A DNA stretch of 64,000 bases from the NCBI GenBank assembly GCA_951406725.2, contig OX597824.1:55490001-55554000 (forward strand), given 5' to 3'. Under the pieces are notes generated by a model, which saw nothing but the letters and a program-made list of their open reading frames with translations, was not told the DNA's origin and did not search any database. This stretch comes from Octopus vulgaris (taxonomy: Eukaryota). The position numbers and the translations under genes were made by a program. Of the stretch, positions 52,200 through 64,000 are shown piece after piece. The first letter of the stretch is position 1. Each line of letters starts with the position of its first letter.

Positions 52200-55066
52200 T
52201 CCTTAAATCTACACTAATATGTGAATCCACCTCTGATAAGTGGCACTTTGTCAACAAAGGATTTTGATGCCGCTGCCCACATCTGTGTCTCCTGTCGTGA
52301 GGTAGGTTCATCTGGGACCCCCGACAAGAAGAGATCCAGATTAGTTTTAAAGAAACCCACATCCACACCATGCAAGTCTCTCAGGCATTTAGGGAGGATG
52401 TTAAAGAGCTGTGGTCCTCTGAAAGCCAAGCTGTTGCAGTATCTGGTCCTGTATTTTGGTGGCAATGTTGGAATTTTGGCACCATGCAGTGGTGCCTCGT
52501 TCTGCGGTTGGGGTCACTTTGAATGCCAAAGTTTGGGACAAGACTCTCCAGGATTTTCCAGATGTATGTCACTGCACATCTCTCCTGCCTTCGCTCCAGG
52601 GAGAAGTGTTTTAATACATGCAGTCTTTCCCAGTAGTTGATATGTTGCATTGAGACGATCTTCTTAGTGTAGCTTCTTTGAATTGCTTCGAGTTCTGCTG
52701 TTAGCTTTATACTGTGTGGTGACCATAGTTGGGAGTAGTAGTCCAAGCGGCCGAGGATGAAAGTTTTCCAAAGGACCACCAGTGTCTCCTTCTCTCTTGT
52801 TCTGCAGCTAGCTGTCTGCATTTTATCACTAAATTAGTAATATTCACTTGGAAAGATGCATCATTGCTCATGTCAATGCCCAGGTCACACACTGATTTTG
52901 ACTCATTAATTACAATTCTTCCTGGGCCAGTGTATCCAGTCTGCATGTCGTTTACCTTTGTGTGCCAGTAGTTCAGGGCCTGGAACTTACCTGCATTAAA
53001 TTGCATGTTGTTGTCCTCAGACCACCTGTATATTGTATCTAACTCCTGTTGCAGATGTGCAATATTTCCAGAGTTTTGTATTGAGTGGGAGACTTTTGTG
53101 TCATCTGCATAGCTAGCAAGGGTGGCCATCGTAACAACTGAGGGCATATCTGAAAGGGCCACTATGAACAGCAGTGGCCCCAAGACAGTGCCCTGCGGGA
53201 CACCACTTCTAATTTGTGTTTCCTTGGAGGTGGCTCCATTGCTTACAACTGCCTTTTTTCTATCTTTTAGGAAGTTGTGCAGCCACTCTCCAAGTTTTCC
53301 GCCTATGCCGAGACCACGCAGGTTTTTGACATATCATACCATGGTCGACCCTATCAAAGGCCATTGCAAAGTCGAGACACACCACATCCACACCTGAGCC
53401 ATTTAGTAGCTGTTTCAACACCCAGTCATAGTGTTGCAGGAGCTGTGTTAGGCAGCTTCTACCTGGTCGAAATTCATGCTGGGTCTCAGGCAGCAAGTCA
53501 TTTTCTTCAAGGAACATGATTAGTTTCTTACGGACTATTTGTTCCATGACTTTGCTGATGTGTGAGGTCAGAGAGATAGGCCTATAATTTTTAGCATCTG
53601 CTCTGCTTCCTCACTTATGGATAGGGCATATTACCCCCTCCTTCAATTTGACTGGGAGCTTACCACTTGCAAGAAAGCTCTGCAAAAGAAGCTGTAGCGG
53701 TTTTGCAAGGGCTTGTTTGCACTATTTGAGAAGGATCGCTGGAAATCCATCAGGTCCAGCAGCTGAGTTTGTGTCAATCTCATCTATGGCCAGTGTGATA
53801 TCATCATCTTCAATGTTGATGTACTCAATTTTTGCCTCTTTGGCCGCAGGTAAAGTGGCAAAGAATTCTTCTGGGTTGTTTACTTGCCTGTGTCCTAGAG
53901 GTGTAGTGAACACACTTTGGAACTGTTCGTTCAATATTTCACTTATCCTCGTGGGATTTCCTGTAAGGGAGCCATCTTTTTGGAAGAGAGGTCCTATTCT
54001 CTGGTGCACTGTGGCTGTCTCTTTGGCAAACTTCAAGATAGCTTTAAGGTTTGACTTTATATTTTCTATTACCCAAGCTTCTTTATCTGCTCTCTCCTTT
54101 TCATTAGACTGATGCAGACTTTCAAGCCGAGTCTTCTCACCACTTTTGGTGTGTTTGCTCAAGCGGTTCGCAATCCTTGTCCGTCGTCTCATAAGAATCT
54201 TCCTTTCTCTAGGGATCCTATTTTTGTTTATGTGTGTGCTGGCCTTGCACACTGGGACATATTTATCACATATGGCTTGTATTATGGACATGAAACGCTT
54301 GTTTCATGTCAATGTTTGGTGTGGAGAGACTTTTAGGCCAATCCTGTTTGAGGATCTCTTTCTCAATCAATTTCCAATTTGCTTTATGAAGTTTAAGTTG
54401 GAGAGATTGTGGATGCTTCGTATAGGCTTGTGTCTGCGGGGGCTTTTGGTCCATACATAGACAGCTTTATTATGTTGTGATCCAAGATCATTATCAGCAT
54501 CACTTTAACATTATGGATAATATCCATATTGTTTGTGAAGCAGAGATCCAGTATATTATCTGCCCTTGTTGGTTGCAGCACTATTTGCTCCATGAAAGAG
54601 GCATTTGTGAGATGGAGCAGGGACTCTGTCTGTGCCTGCTGATGGTGTGTCATCCCTGGAAGCATCTGCCCCCCAGACCATTCCACATTGGGGAAGTTAA
54701 AGTCACCCATGAAGATTACACTGTTGTGTTGTTCCAGGTTGGTGAGAACTTCTCCTATTTTTGTTAGGCAGTCTTCAAATATGCCTGTGTGATTTGGGAT
54801 ATCCGGTGGGCGATATGTAGTACATATGACGATATTCAGTTGCCTTATGTGTACAATTTGAGTGTCACACAATGAGTTTGAATATGACAACAGGACCTGG
54901 AGTATGAGGTCATCTCGGATGTACACTACAACTCCACCATGACTCCTTCCTTTTCTATGTGAGCGTATGACAACATATTGCAGTGTGTTTATTTCTGCAT
55001 CCCCTATATCAGGTCCAAGATGCGTTTCTATGAGTGCCATGCATATAGCTTGATTGCATGGTTGCA
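52200..55066 (-). mobile_element. CR1-group LINE ORF2 (APE endonuclease plus RT), disrupted
   Basis: ETHL, YRPP, MGDFNFP, NILDLCFTN, AAGPDG, DFAMAFD, GVPQGTVLGPLLF, YADDTK, SLERR; stops and frameshifts. Confidence 0.93.
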
Positions 55067-55273
55067 ATATATATATGTATATATACATATACACACACAT
55101 ATATATGTATATATACATACACACACACAGATGTATATATATATATATATGTTGGCCTGCTCGCTTAGCCAGCGGGGTGGCGTCATTCGAAAGCTAAAAA
55201 ACAATGCGAAGCGCATTGTGACAAGCGATGTGTAACAACATCTGATAGCCTGGTCGGTCACGGTGATCACAGT

Positions 55274-55308
<35 letters not shown>

Positions 55309-55618
55309 GTATATATATACATTTATATACATATATATATATAGAGATATATATACATACATATATATACATATATATATATATACATACATATATACAT
55401 ATATATATACATATATATATATACATACATATATACATATATATATATACATACATATATTTATATATATATATATATATATACATACATATATATATAT
55501 ACATATATATACATACATATATTTATATATACATATATATATATATACATACATATATATATATATACATATATATATACATATATACATATATATATAC
55601 ATATATACATATATATAC

Positions 55619-55663
<45 letters not shown>

Positions 55664-55679
55664 CATATATATACATATA

Positions 55680-56047
55680 TCTCTCTATATATAAACGGCA
55701 GTTTGTCTGTGTGTGTTTCTGTGTGTCTGTTAGGTTGTACCCTCACCCTGACCACGGCTTTCAACAGATTCTGATGAAACTTGACACACACATAGCCCAA
55801 TGTCATAATTCAAAACTAACACAGCGAAAATTTTGAAAAGTTCCCCCAGTTCTGAAAAAAATCGATAAATTCGACATGAGGTCGAGAATCAGAAACACAA
55901 ACCACAGACTGTCTAGGGGACGCAATTCGACCTTTTTAACTAAAAAAAAAATTTACCATCATTTTTTTTCCATTTTTTGGCTCTCTCTAAAAATGCTTTA
56001 TAGTTATTTCCCTTACAAACCCGAGCAACGCCGGGCGATACTGCTAG
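55680..56047 (+). mobile_element. Non-autonomous Helitron-like element
   Basis: 5' TC; 3' hairpin CCCGAGCAACGCCGGG followed by CTAG. Confidence 0.78.
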
Positions 56048-56060
56048 TATACATATATAC

Positions 56061-56118
<58 letters not shown>

Positions 56119-56364
56119 TTATATATATACACACATATATATATACATTTTTTTGTGCATATCTGTATTTTTATACTGGCCTTAATTTTATTTTTATGTA
56201 TATTGATATGTATTTACTTTTGGATTTCAATTGGTCTTTTTATGTATATTGATATGCATTCAGTTTTGGATTTCAGTATATTGTTTTGTACATAGTATGA
56301 GTCAGTGTACTAAACATATGGTGATCACTATTGGATCAGTGTGTGTGTGGATACATGAGTATAG

Positions 56365-56445
<81 letters not shown>

Positions 56446-56579
56446 TACATATATTTATTTGTTCATGTAGGTTTATTTGCATGAATGCATGTGGTGGTCT
56501 TTAGTATTATGCTGTTTTTCTGTATGTACATATTTGTAATTTTTATATTCTGGTACTTGTTCATTATTTACCTTTATAA

Positions 56580-57540
56580 ATCCTTAAAAATGTTTCAGCC
56601 CGAAGGCTGCGGCCATGCTGGGGCACCACTGCCGAATGAGCTACACCAATATGTGAATCCACCCCGATACGTGGCACCCGGTCAACAAGGGAGCCCAATG
56701 CCGCCACCCGCATCCACCTCCCCCGCCGCGAGGCAGGCTCACCCCGGGACCCCCGACAAGAAGAGATCCAGTTTAGCCTCAAAGAAACCCACATCCACAC
56801 CATGTAAGTCTCTCAGGCAACCCTGAATGCCAAAGTCTGGGACAAGACCCTCCAGATGCACATCACAGCCCATCTCTCCCGCCCTCGCTCCAGGGAGAAG
56901 AGTCCCAACACTCAGTCTTTCCCAGCAGCCGACATGTGGCACCGAGACGATCCCCCCTATGTAGCTTCCTCGAATTGCCCCGAGCCCCGCTGTCAGTTCC
57001 ACACTGTGCGGCGACCACAGCTGGGAGCAGCAGCCCAAGCGGCCGAGGACGAAAGTTTTCCACAGGACCATCAGTGTCTCACCCCCACCACCGCTCCGAA
57101 AGCCCGGAGAACCCATCCAGCCAGCCGTCCGCACTCCATCACCAGATCATCACCGCCCATGCCAACGCCCAGATCACGCACCAACCCCGACTGAGGGACC
57201 ACAAGTCCACCCGGGCCAGTGCATCCAGCCCGCATGTCGCCCACCCCTGCGCACCGGCAGCGCAGGGCCTGGAACCCACCTGCATCAAACTGCATGCTGC
57301 CATCCTAAGCCCACTCGCACACTGTATCCAACTCCCGCTGCAGACGCGCAACACCTCCAGGGTCCTGCACTGCGTGGGAGACCCCTGTGCCATCCGTACA
57401 GCCAGCAAGGGCGGCCATCCCAGCAACTGAGGGCATGTCCAAAAGGGCCACCACGAACAGCAGTGGCCACAAGACAGCGCCCTGCGGAACACCGCCTGCC
57501 ACCTGTGCCATCCTGGAGGTGGCTCCATCGTCCACAACCA
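56580..57540 (-). mobile_element. CR1-group LINE 3' fragment with A-to-G hypermutation
   Basis: Collinear with 52214-53250 (with deletions) but dense T>C on the plus strand; YADD has become CTDG. Confidence 0.9.
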
Positions 57541-57851
57541 TCTGCTTATGTTTATTAAGTATTCAATATGGGTTCTCAGTATATGGTTATATGAGTCAAC
57601 ATACTAAACATTGTGATCACTAATAGATTTACATATGTGTGGATGCATGTGTATATGTATATTTATATTTTATTTTTATATTTATTTATTTATATTTTTC
57701 GCATTTTCATGTATGTCTATTTGTGTACATGCATGTGATAGTTTTAAGTATTATTTATGTTATCTTCTTGTATATTAGATATTATATATGGACTTCAGTA
57801 AACTTTTGTATAGGTGATGTTTGTACTGGTCTGTTAGTATGTAGGATTATA

Positions 57852-57915
<64 letters not shown>

Positions 57916-58571
57916 TAGGTGTATTAGAAGGCTACGTATATAGGTGCAGAATTTGCTTATATGTGCATGTATGCATAAATGCGGGATATGGGTGAAAAAT
58001 AATTCGTTGGACTTTGATGTTTATTCACCTAATGTATAATGATATGTAAGCTGATGTTTTCAATCGGTTACTTTTAGTTAACCTTGATAAGTATGTATAT
58101 AATTCGTATGTGTTAATAGGATAATAGATATATAATTATTTTTTTGTTTAATTAGCACGTAACCATATAAACGTATGTTAGTTTGCGTTATAAATCGTTC
58201 GTTTTTGGCTTTATTATACTTTGATGTATATGTATGTATAAATGCATTTACGTTTATGCATAATAGGATAATAGATATAATTATTATTATTATTTTTATT
58301 TTATTTTGGCTACTTTTTATTCAACATTTTATTCAGTTTTGATAAACTATTATGATCTGTTCAATTAACATTCTGAACCCATATTGTTTTGAAACAGGCC
58401 TCACGGATACGATTAAAGAAATTAGCCAATTGGAAATAGATCAGCGGTTTAAGTAAATGCTCCCTGAACCTTAATATTTCTAACATTTAATATGCATAGG
58501 TTAAATAGTCAATATCTTTAATGACTGCTCCCTAACCCCCATTATAATTTTAAATATCGTAATATATTTAA

Positions 58572-60100
58572 CTAGCTGAAGGTGACCCGCTCTAAGCGCG
58601 AGTAAGAGTGTGGTTGTTATTTTCTGTTGCTTCCTTTCAGCACGTAAAAAGCACCATCCGAACGTGACCGATGGCAGCGCCGCCTTGACTGGCTTCTGCG
58701 CCGGTGGCACGTAAAAAGGACCAATCGATCGTGGCCGCTACCAGCCCCCCTGGCACCTGTGCCGGCGGCACGAAAAAAGCACCCAGTACACTCACAGAGT
58801 GGTTGGCATGAGGAAGGGCATCCAGCTGTAGAAACACTGCCAGATCAGACTGGAGTCTGGTGCAGCCTCCTGGCTTCCCAGACCCCAGTCAAACTGTCCA
58901 ACCCGTGCTAGCACGGATCACGGACGTTAAACGATGATGATGATGATGATGATGATGATTCTCCCTCTTTGTTTCTCTCTCCTTTCTCTCTCACTTTCCC
59001 ACTCTCTTACTTTTCTTTTCTCTCGGACTCTCCCTCGCTTTCTCTTACTCTCTATCTATCTCTCTCACATTTATAAACAACAAAAGATCTTGAGTAAGTT
59101 GAGAAAGTAAAATATTTTGAAAGATCAATCATAAATATCAGGCAGTGACAACGGAAAGGTCTGCTTCAAGGCAGACAGCAAAACACTAACATTTAAAAGG
59201 GACAGACGAACTTGCGAGCTGAATAAAAATAATAAAATATTGGAAACCAAAGTTTGAAGGGATAGAATCTGAGGATAGTAGAGTCACCATGGCTGGCATT
59301 TCTTAACGACGGACAGCAACGTATTGACAGTTTAACGGCTGGCGTAAAATTTTGAACTTGATGTAAAAGAAAATTCCTAAACACCAAGTTTTGAAGTGAT
59401 TTTTTCTCACGACAGTAGACTCACTATGGCAAGCATTCAAAACTTCTTCATCATGGACGGCAACACATTGACGATTAAAAGGCTGGCGCAAATTTTTTTA
59501 GCTTGATGTAATAGAGAATTCCTAAACACCCGCTCCTGTAAATTTTAATCCCCTTCCAGCCCCATTTAGACCCCTTTTCACATTTTGGTTAATATAAACC
59601 CGATTTCATTCGGGTCTACTGGGGCCACATTTTATAAGATGAGGAATTTTGTCCTAGAGGTCACGCCTTTCATTTGAGGAAAAAAATAGTTGTCATGCAG
59701 ACTTGCCAGCACTATTAACATAGGTGTGCATATTTTCAGTTCAACCGACCACATAATGCACACATTATATATATATATATATATGTATATATGTGTGTGT
59801 GTGCACGCATTATATATACAAATTATATATATATGTATAAATGAAATTAGAGATAAAACCACTAATAGGCAAATCAAACAGTGAAAAATATAAACCAAAA
59901 CATAAAAATAAAAATATAATATACAAAATATATAAAATATAAAATTGAAAAATTTAAATTTAAAATTAAAATTATTAATTTATATTTATAATTTTTTAAA
60001 AATATATATAACTATCAAAAAGTATTAAAAAGTTTAATATACATAAATACAGATATATACACTTTGTATATATACATTATATATACATATTTATATATAG

Positions 60101-60154
<54 letters not shown>

Positions 60155-60639
60155 AATTAAACCAACAAATAATATTTGTTCTCATGATTGTGTGTTGGTG
60201 GCGATAATAATTCTCTCTATGAATGCAGACAGACGTAGAGAGAGAGTGTGAAAGCGCTGTCGAAGGCGGGAAGGGGGAGATATAGAACGCTGTGAAACGA
60301 CGTTATAAAGAGAAAGTGAAGGTAAGGGAGTTAGACGCTGTGAAACGACGTTATATATATAGAAAGTGATGGGAATGGAGGAAAGCGAATGAGTGATGGA
60401 GGAAGACAGATACATAAAAGAATGAGAGTAGACTTGTCAAAGTGCGTTTTTGGCCCTAGCAACGACACCTTTTAAGATGGGGATTTCTAACCTAGCCCAC
60501 TCGCATCCTCACCTCATTTTACATGTCCCTGTAAATTTTGGAGCCAATCCGACGGGATCTATTGGCCTTTAACCCGTCCTCAATGCCAAAACCATACAGA
60601 CAAACAAACTTTTCGCATTTCAGATTTATAATATAGAGA
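58572..60639 (-). mobile_element. Helitron-like element containing an RTE tail (58636-58958, +)
   Basis: Minus strand starts TCTCTATATTATAA and ends with a hairpin and CTAG; internal ~140-bp duplication near 59270-59530. Confidence 0.6.
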
Positions 60640-60649
60640 TATCCGTACT

Positions 60650-63600
60650 TCAACGCTAACCTTGGACTTAACTTAACTGGGATAGTAGCAACTTAACTTA
60701 GTTGCTACTATCTTTTTTTTTTTAAACTAAATTTATTTGATTTTGCGGATATATACTTTAATATCCATACAATAGGAATGTAAATATTGTGAAATCTAAT
60801 ATACATATAACGGGCTTATATTTTGTGGAATGGACCTTACCCGGATTTGTAATTCGGACTGAATGTTCTGGATACTTGGATATAGCCCTTGCGTGTGGGT
60901 GGATGCGCTAAGTACTATTTGGAAACGAACATGATTATTCATTCGAACAGCGAACGAAATGCAAACAACTTTGGATGCAAGCTGTGCTATAGAACCTTTG
61001 CAACTGAGAGAGGCTTGAAGATACATCAGGGAAAGACTTGTGAGAAGAGGACAGAGCAGTGTGGATCGTCAGATCGTAAAACACGTGGCAAGTCATCCCC
61101 GGACTCAAACCACAGCGGATCGATAAATGCTACAGCAGAGAACTCTTCACGTGATGAAACTACAAGTCATGAAACTGGTGCATCGGATAATACTCAGAGG
61201 AAACCGAGGGTTTTGTGGCCTGCTGCTAATGAGAAAGTGAAATATAAAGAGTTTGAAAACATGGTTTGTGGGGCTCTTTATAAAATGACAGGCTCTACAG
61301 TGGAGAAACTGGGAAAATTATCAAGCTCAATATACGATATAGGAAAAGATTTATTTGGAATAAAAGAGAATATCCGACTAGAGAAAGGAAAGTGTGGACC
61401 AAGCAGGAGGATCAGAAAAATGCAGCAGTTGAGGAAGGAAAAGTCCGACTTAAGAAAGCGATGGAGATGTGCTGCACTAGATGAGAAACCTGGCCTTGCG
61501 TTGCTGTATAACGATTTGAAGAGGAAATGTCGTTATGTGCAACGACATATCCGCCGATATGAGCGTCGAAAAGAAAGTAAAAGGACTCGGGGGCAGTTTC
61601 TGAAGGACCCGTACGGGTTTACTAAGAAGCTGTTCACTGAACCGAAGAGTGGTACTTTATCGTGCACTAAAGAAGAATTGGATGCTCATATCAAGGAAAC
61701 CTACAGCGATCCGCACCGTAACCAGCCGCTGCCACCTCTACATGGGTTAAATCATCTCTCAGGACCTGATATCGAATTCCAGATTAGGGACATCAGGGAG
61801 AGAGAGGTGAATGACTTCGTAAGAAAAGCTAGAGCAAAGAGTGCCCCAGGAGGTGATGGCGTCTCATGTAAAGTCTACAAGTACTGCAATCGTCTGCGAA
61901 AGAAGCTCTTCGTCCTAATCCGACAACTGTGACGCGAGGAGACTATAGTAGAGGATTGGTGTAAGGCAGAAGGTATATACCTGCCGAAAGAGGCCAATGC
62001 AAAGACCATAAAACAGTTTAGGCCGATATCCTTATTGAATGTGAAAGGCAAGATCTTTATGGGAATTCTGTCGAGGAGAACAGTGGCATATTTACAGAGT
62101 AACGGATATGTTGATGAATCTGTTCAAAAGGCCGGAATCCCCGGGATCCCTGGATGCGTTGAACACTGTTTTTCGATTTGGAAAGCGATCCAGGATGCCA
62201 AACAGAACAAGAAAAGTCTGAACGTGGTATGGCTCGACCTAGCTAACGCGTATGGTTCAGTGCCACACAAATTACTAATAACAGCCATGGACCACTTCCA
62301 CATTCCTGACAAAGTGATCAAAATAATGAGGATGTACTATGACAGTTTCGAAATGAGGTTTACAACTGGAAATTTTACAACAAATTGGCACCGATTGGAG
62401 GTTGGCATTGCTGCTGGCTGTACAATATCTGTCACGTGGTTTATCTTAGTGATGGAGTTGATTTTGAAAGGTGTAGATTTTTCGGAACAAATCGCCCATG
62501 TACAATCGCCTAAGAAAGCCTTCATGGATGACGTGACACTTCTAGCTACAGATAAACAAATCATGCAGAATGCCCTTTTGAGATTAGACGAACTTGTAAG
62601 GTGGTCAAGGATGCGATTTAGAGCAAAAAAGTCGCGTAGTCTGACATTTGTTAAGGGAGTGCAGAAAGAATTTAAATTTCGAATATCTGAAGAAAGCATT
62701 CCAACAGTCGTGGGATTGAAATTATGAAACAGGCCGAGGCTGGGTTATCAGCGATTGATGTTTCGAAGTTACCAGGTAAATATAAAATTTGGTGCTTGCA
62801 GTTCGGCTTGTACCCGCGACTTGCGTGGCCACTTTTAATATACGAAGTAGCATTGTCACGAGTTGAAAAGGTTGAACAAAAATGTAATGTGTTCATTAGA
62901 AAGTGGCTAGGTCTACCTCGTATGTTGAACAGCTCAGCTCTTTATCGTAAAAGAGGTTCGTTGCAGTTACCAATAGCATCAATAGTCGAAAAATATAAGT
63001 TGGGGAAGATACGGACGGTTATGATGCTGAGAGAATCGAAGGATATGGAAATCAGGCGTAACCCACCAGAGGTGAAAACAGCCAGGAAGTGGAAAGCAGA
63101 AGCAGAAACTGACAACATCTTGTCTTCTCTTATACACAGAGATATGGTGGGAGCAACGCAGAACCATCGGAAAGGATTTGGTTTTGGCGCAGATCAGTTC
63201 AGACCGTTTGCAAGCATGATGCCGTGTGAACGCAGATCTGTTGTTAGCAACAGCGTCAAAACAAGAGAAGCAGAGAGAAGAGAGCTTCATTTGATCCGAT
63301 GTGTTCATCAAGGTCAGATGACGAGATGGGAAGAACATGTTGTTGAGAGGAAGATAAGTTGGGATGAGATGTGGAAGTGGACGACATCTCGGCTGAGTTT
63401 CCTGATTCGTTCATCTTATGATGTTTTGCCATCACCTACGAATATAGTAAGATGGAACGTCTTAGAGAATGACATCTGCAAATGTGGAAAGATCGGTACA
63501 CTAAAACATATTCTTTCCAACTGTTCATTAGCATTGAACAGGTACACATGGAGGCACAACTTGGTCCTTAAGGTTATCTTCAATGCTATAAAGAACCAAA

Positions 63601-64000
63601 TTCATCTCAACAACACTGAGGAAAAATCGTTAAAAGTACCATCAAGAGAGTTCATTACCTTCGTGCGACTAGGTCAGCAGATCCGTTTCAAGAAGAAGAC
63701 CAAGAAACTTCCTGAGAAAAATGAAAAGTGGAACGGCTATTGGGAGGTAACTGCAGATTTACCTGGGTGCCAGGTTTTCTTTCCCATCCCAGTTTCGAAA
63801 AAACCCAGATATTTTGATGTGGTGTGAAAGAAAGAAAGTTGTAAATATAGTCGAGCTAACGGTTCCCCACGAAGATAATATGGACGCCACTCGAGCTCGA
63901 AAATTAAACCGTTATGAAAACCTCCTCGAGGAATGTGAAGACGCAGGCTGGAAAGCGGAACATTTTCCTATCGAAGTCGGATGTAGAGGGTTTGTAGGAC
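60650..64000 (+). mobile_element. HERO/NeSL-type RLE non-LTR retrotransposon, nearly full length, runs off the window end
   Basis: N-terminal Zn finger CKLC..GLKIHQGKTC, SAPGGDG, WLDLANAYGSVPH, GCTIS, AFMDD, CKCGKIGTLKHILSNC, RHN, KKPDI..VELTVP..IEVGCRGF; in-frame TGA at 61930 and frameshifts near 62710 and 63800. Confidence 0.92.

Noticed and set aside
45852-55066. Plus-strand LINE 5' part and minus-strand ORF2 as one inverted element
   Set aside because: Their overlapping endonuclease starts (46819-46951 vs 54930-55062) are clearly diverged, and the geometry does not fit twin priming, so they are separate copies

Overview
AT-rich, microsatellite-laden animal genomic DNA. The repeat repertoire ((TA)n/(CAT)n tracts, RTE LINE tails, tRNA-derived SINEs) looks cephalopod/Octopus-like; this is an inference, not a determination. 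The only host gene I can support is a minus-strand, intron-containing phosphonopyruvate decarboxylase (Ppd/AepY). Three consecutive phase-compatible exons lie at 29071-29218, 23207-23337 and 7790-7949; the downstream exons were not found and probably lie left of the window. The rest is transposon debris: two mariners, a Tc1, a full-span piggyBac relic, Helitron-like elements, a gypsy remnant, a two-LTR non-autonomous element with a tRNA-Leu PBS, CRE-, RTE-, CR1- and HERO-type LINEs, SINEs and several large inverted repeats. The most striking observation is a CR1-type LINE copy at ~56.6-57.5 kb with dense, strand-specific A-to-G changes relative to its neighbour at 52.2-55.1 kb. This is the signature expected from an ADAR-hyperedited RNA that was reverse-transcribed into the genome. 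Other oddities are a PHD finger inside the RTE ORF2 and a LINE ORF1 with trihelix/Myb-like plus CCCH domains behind a 5' tandem array. Boundaries of degraded elements are approximate and all alignments were made by eye.
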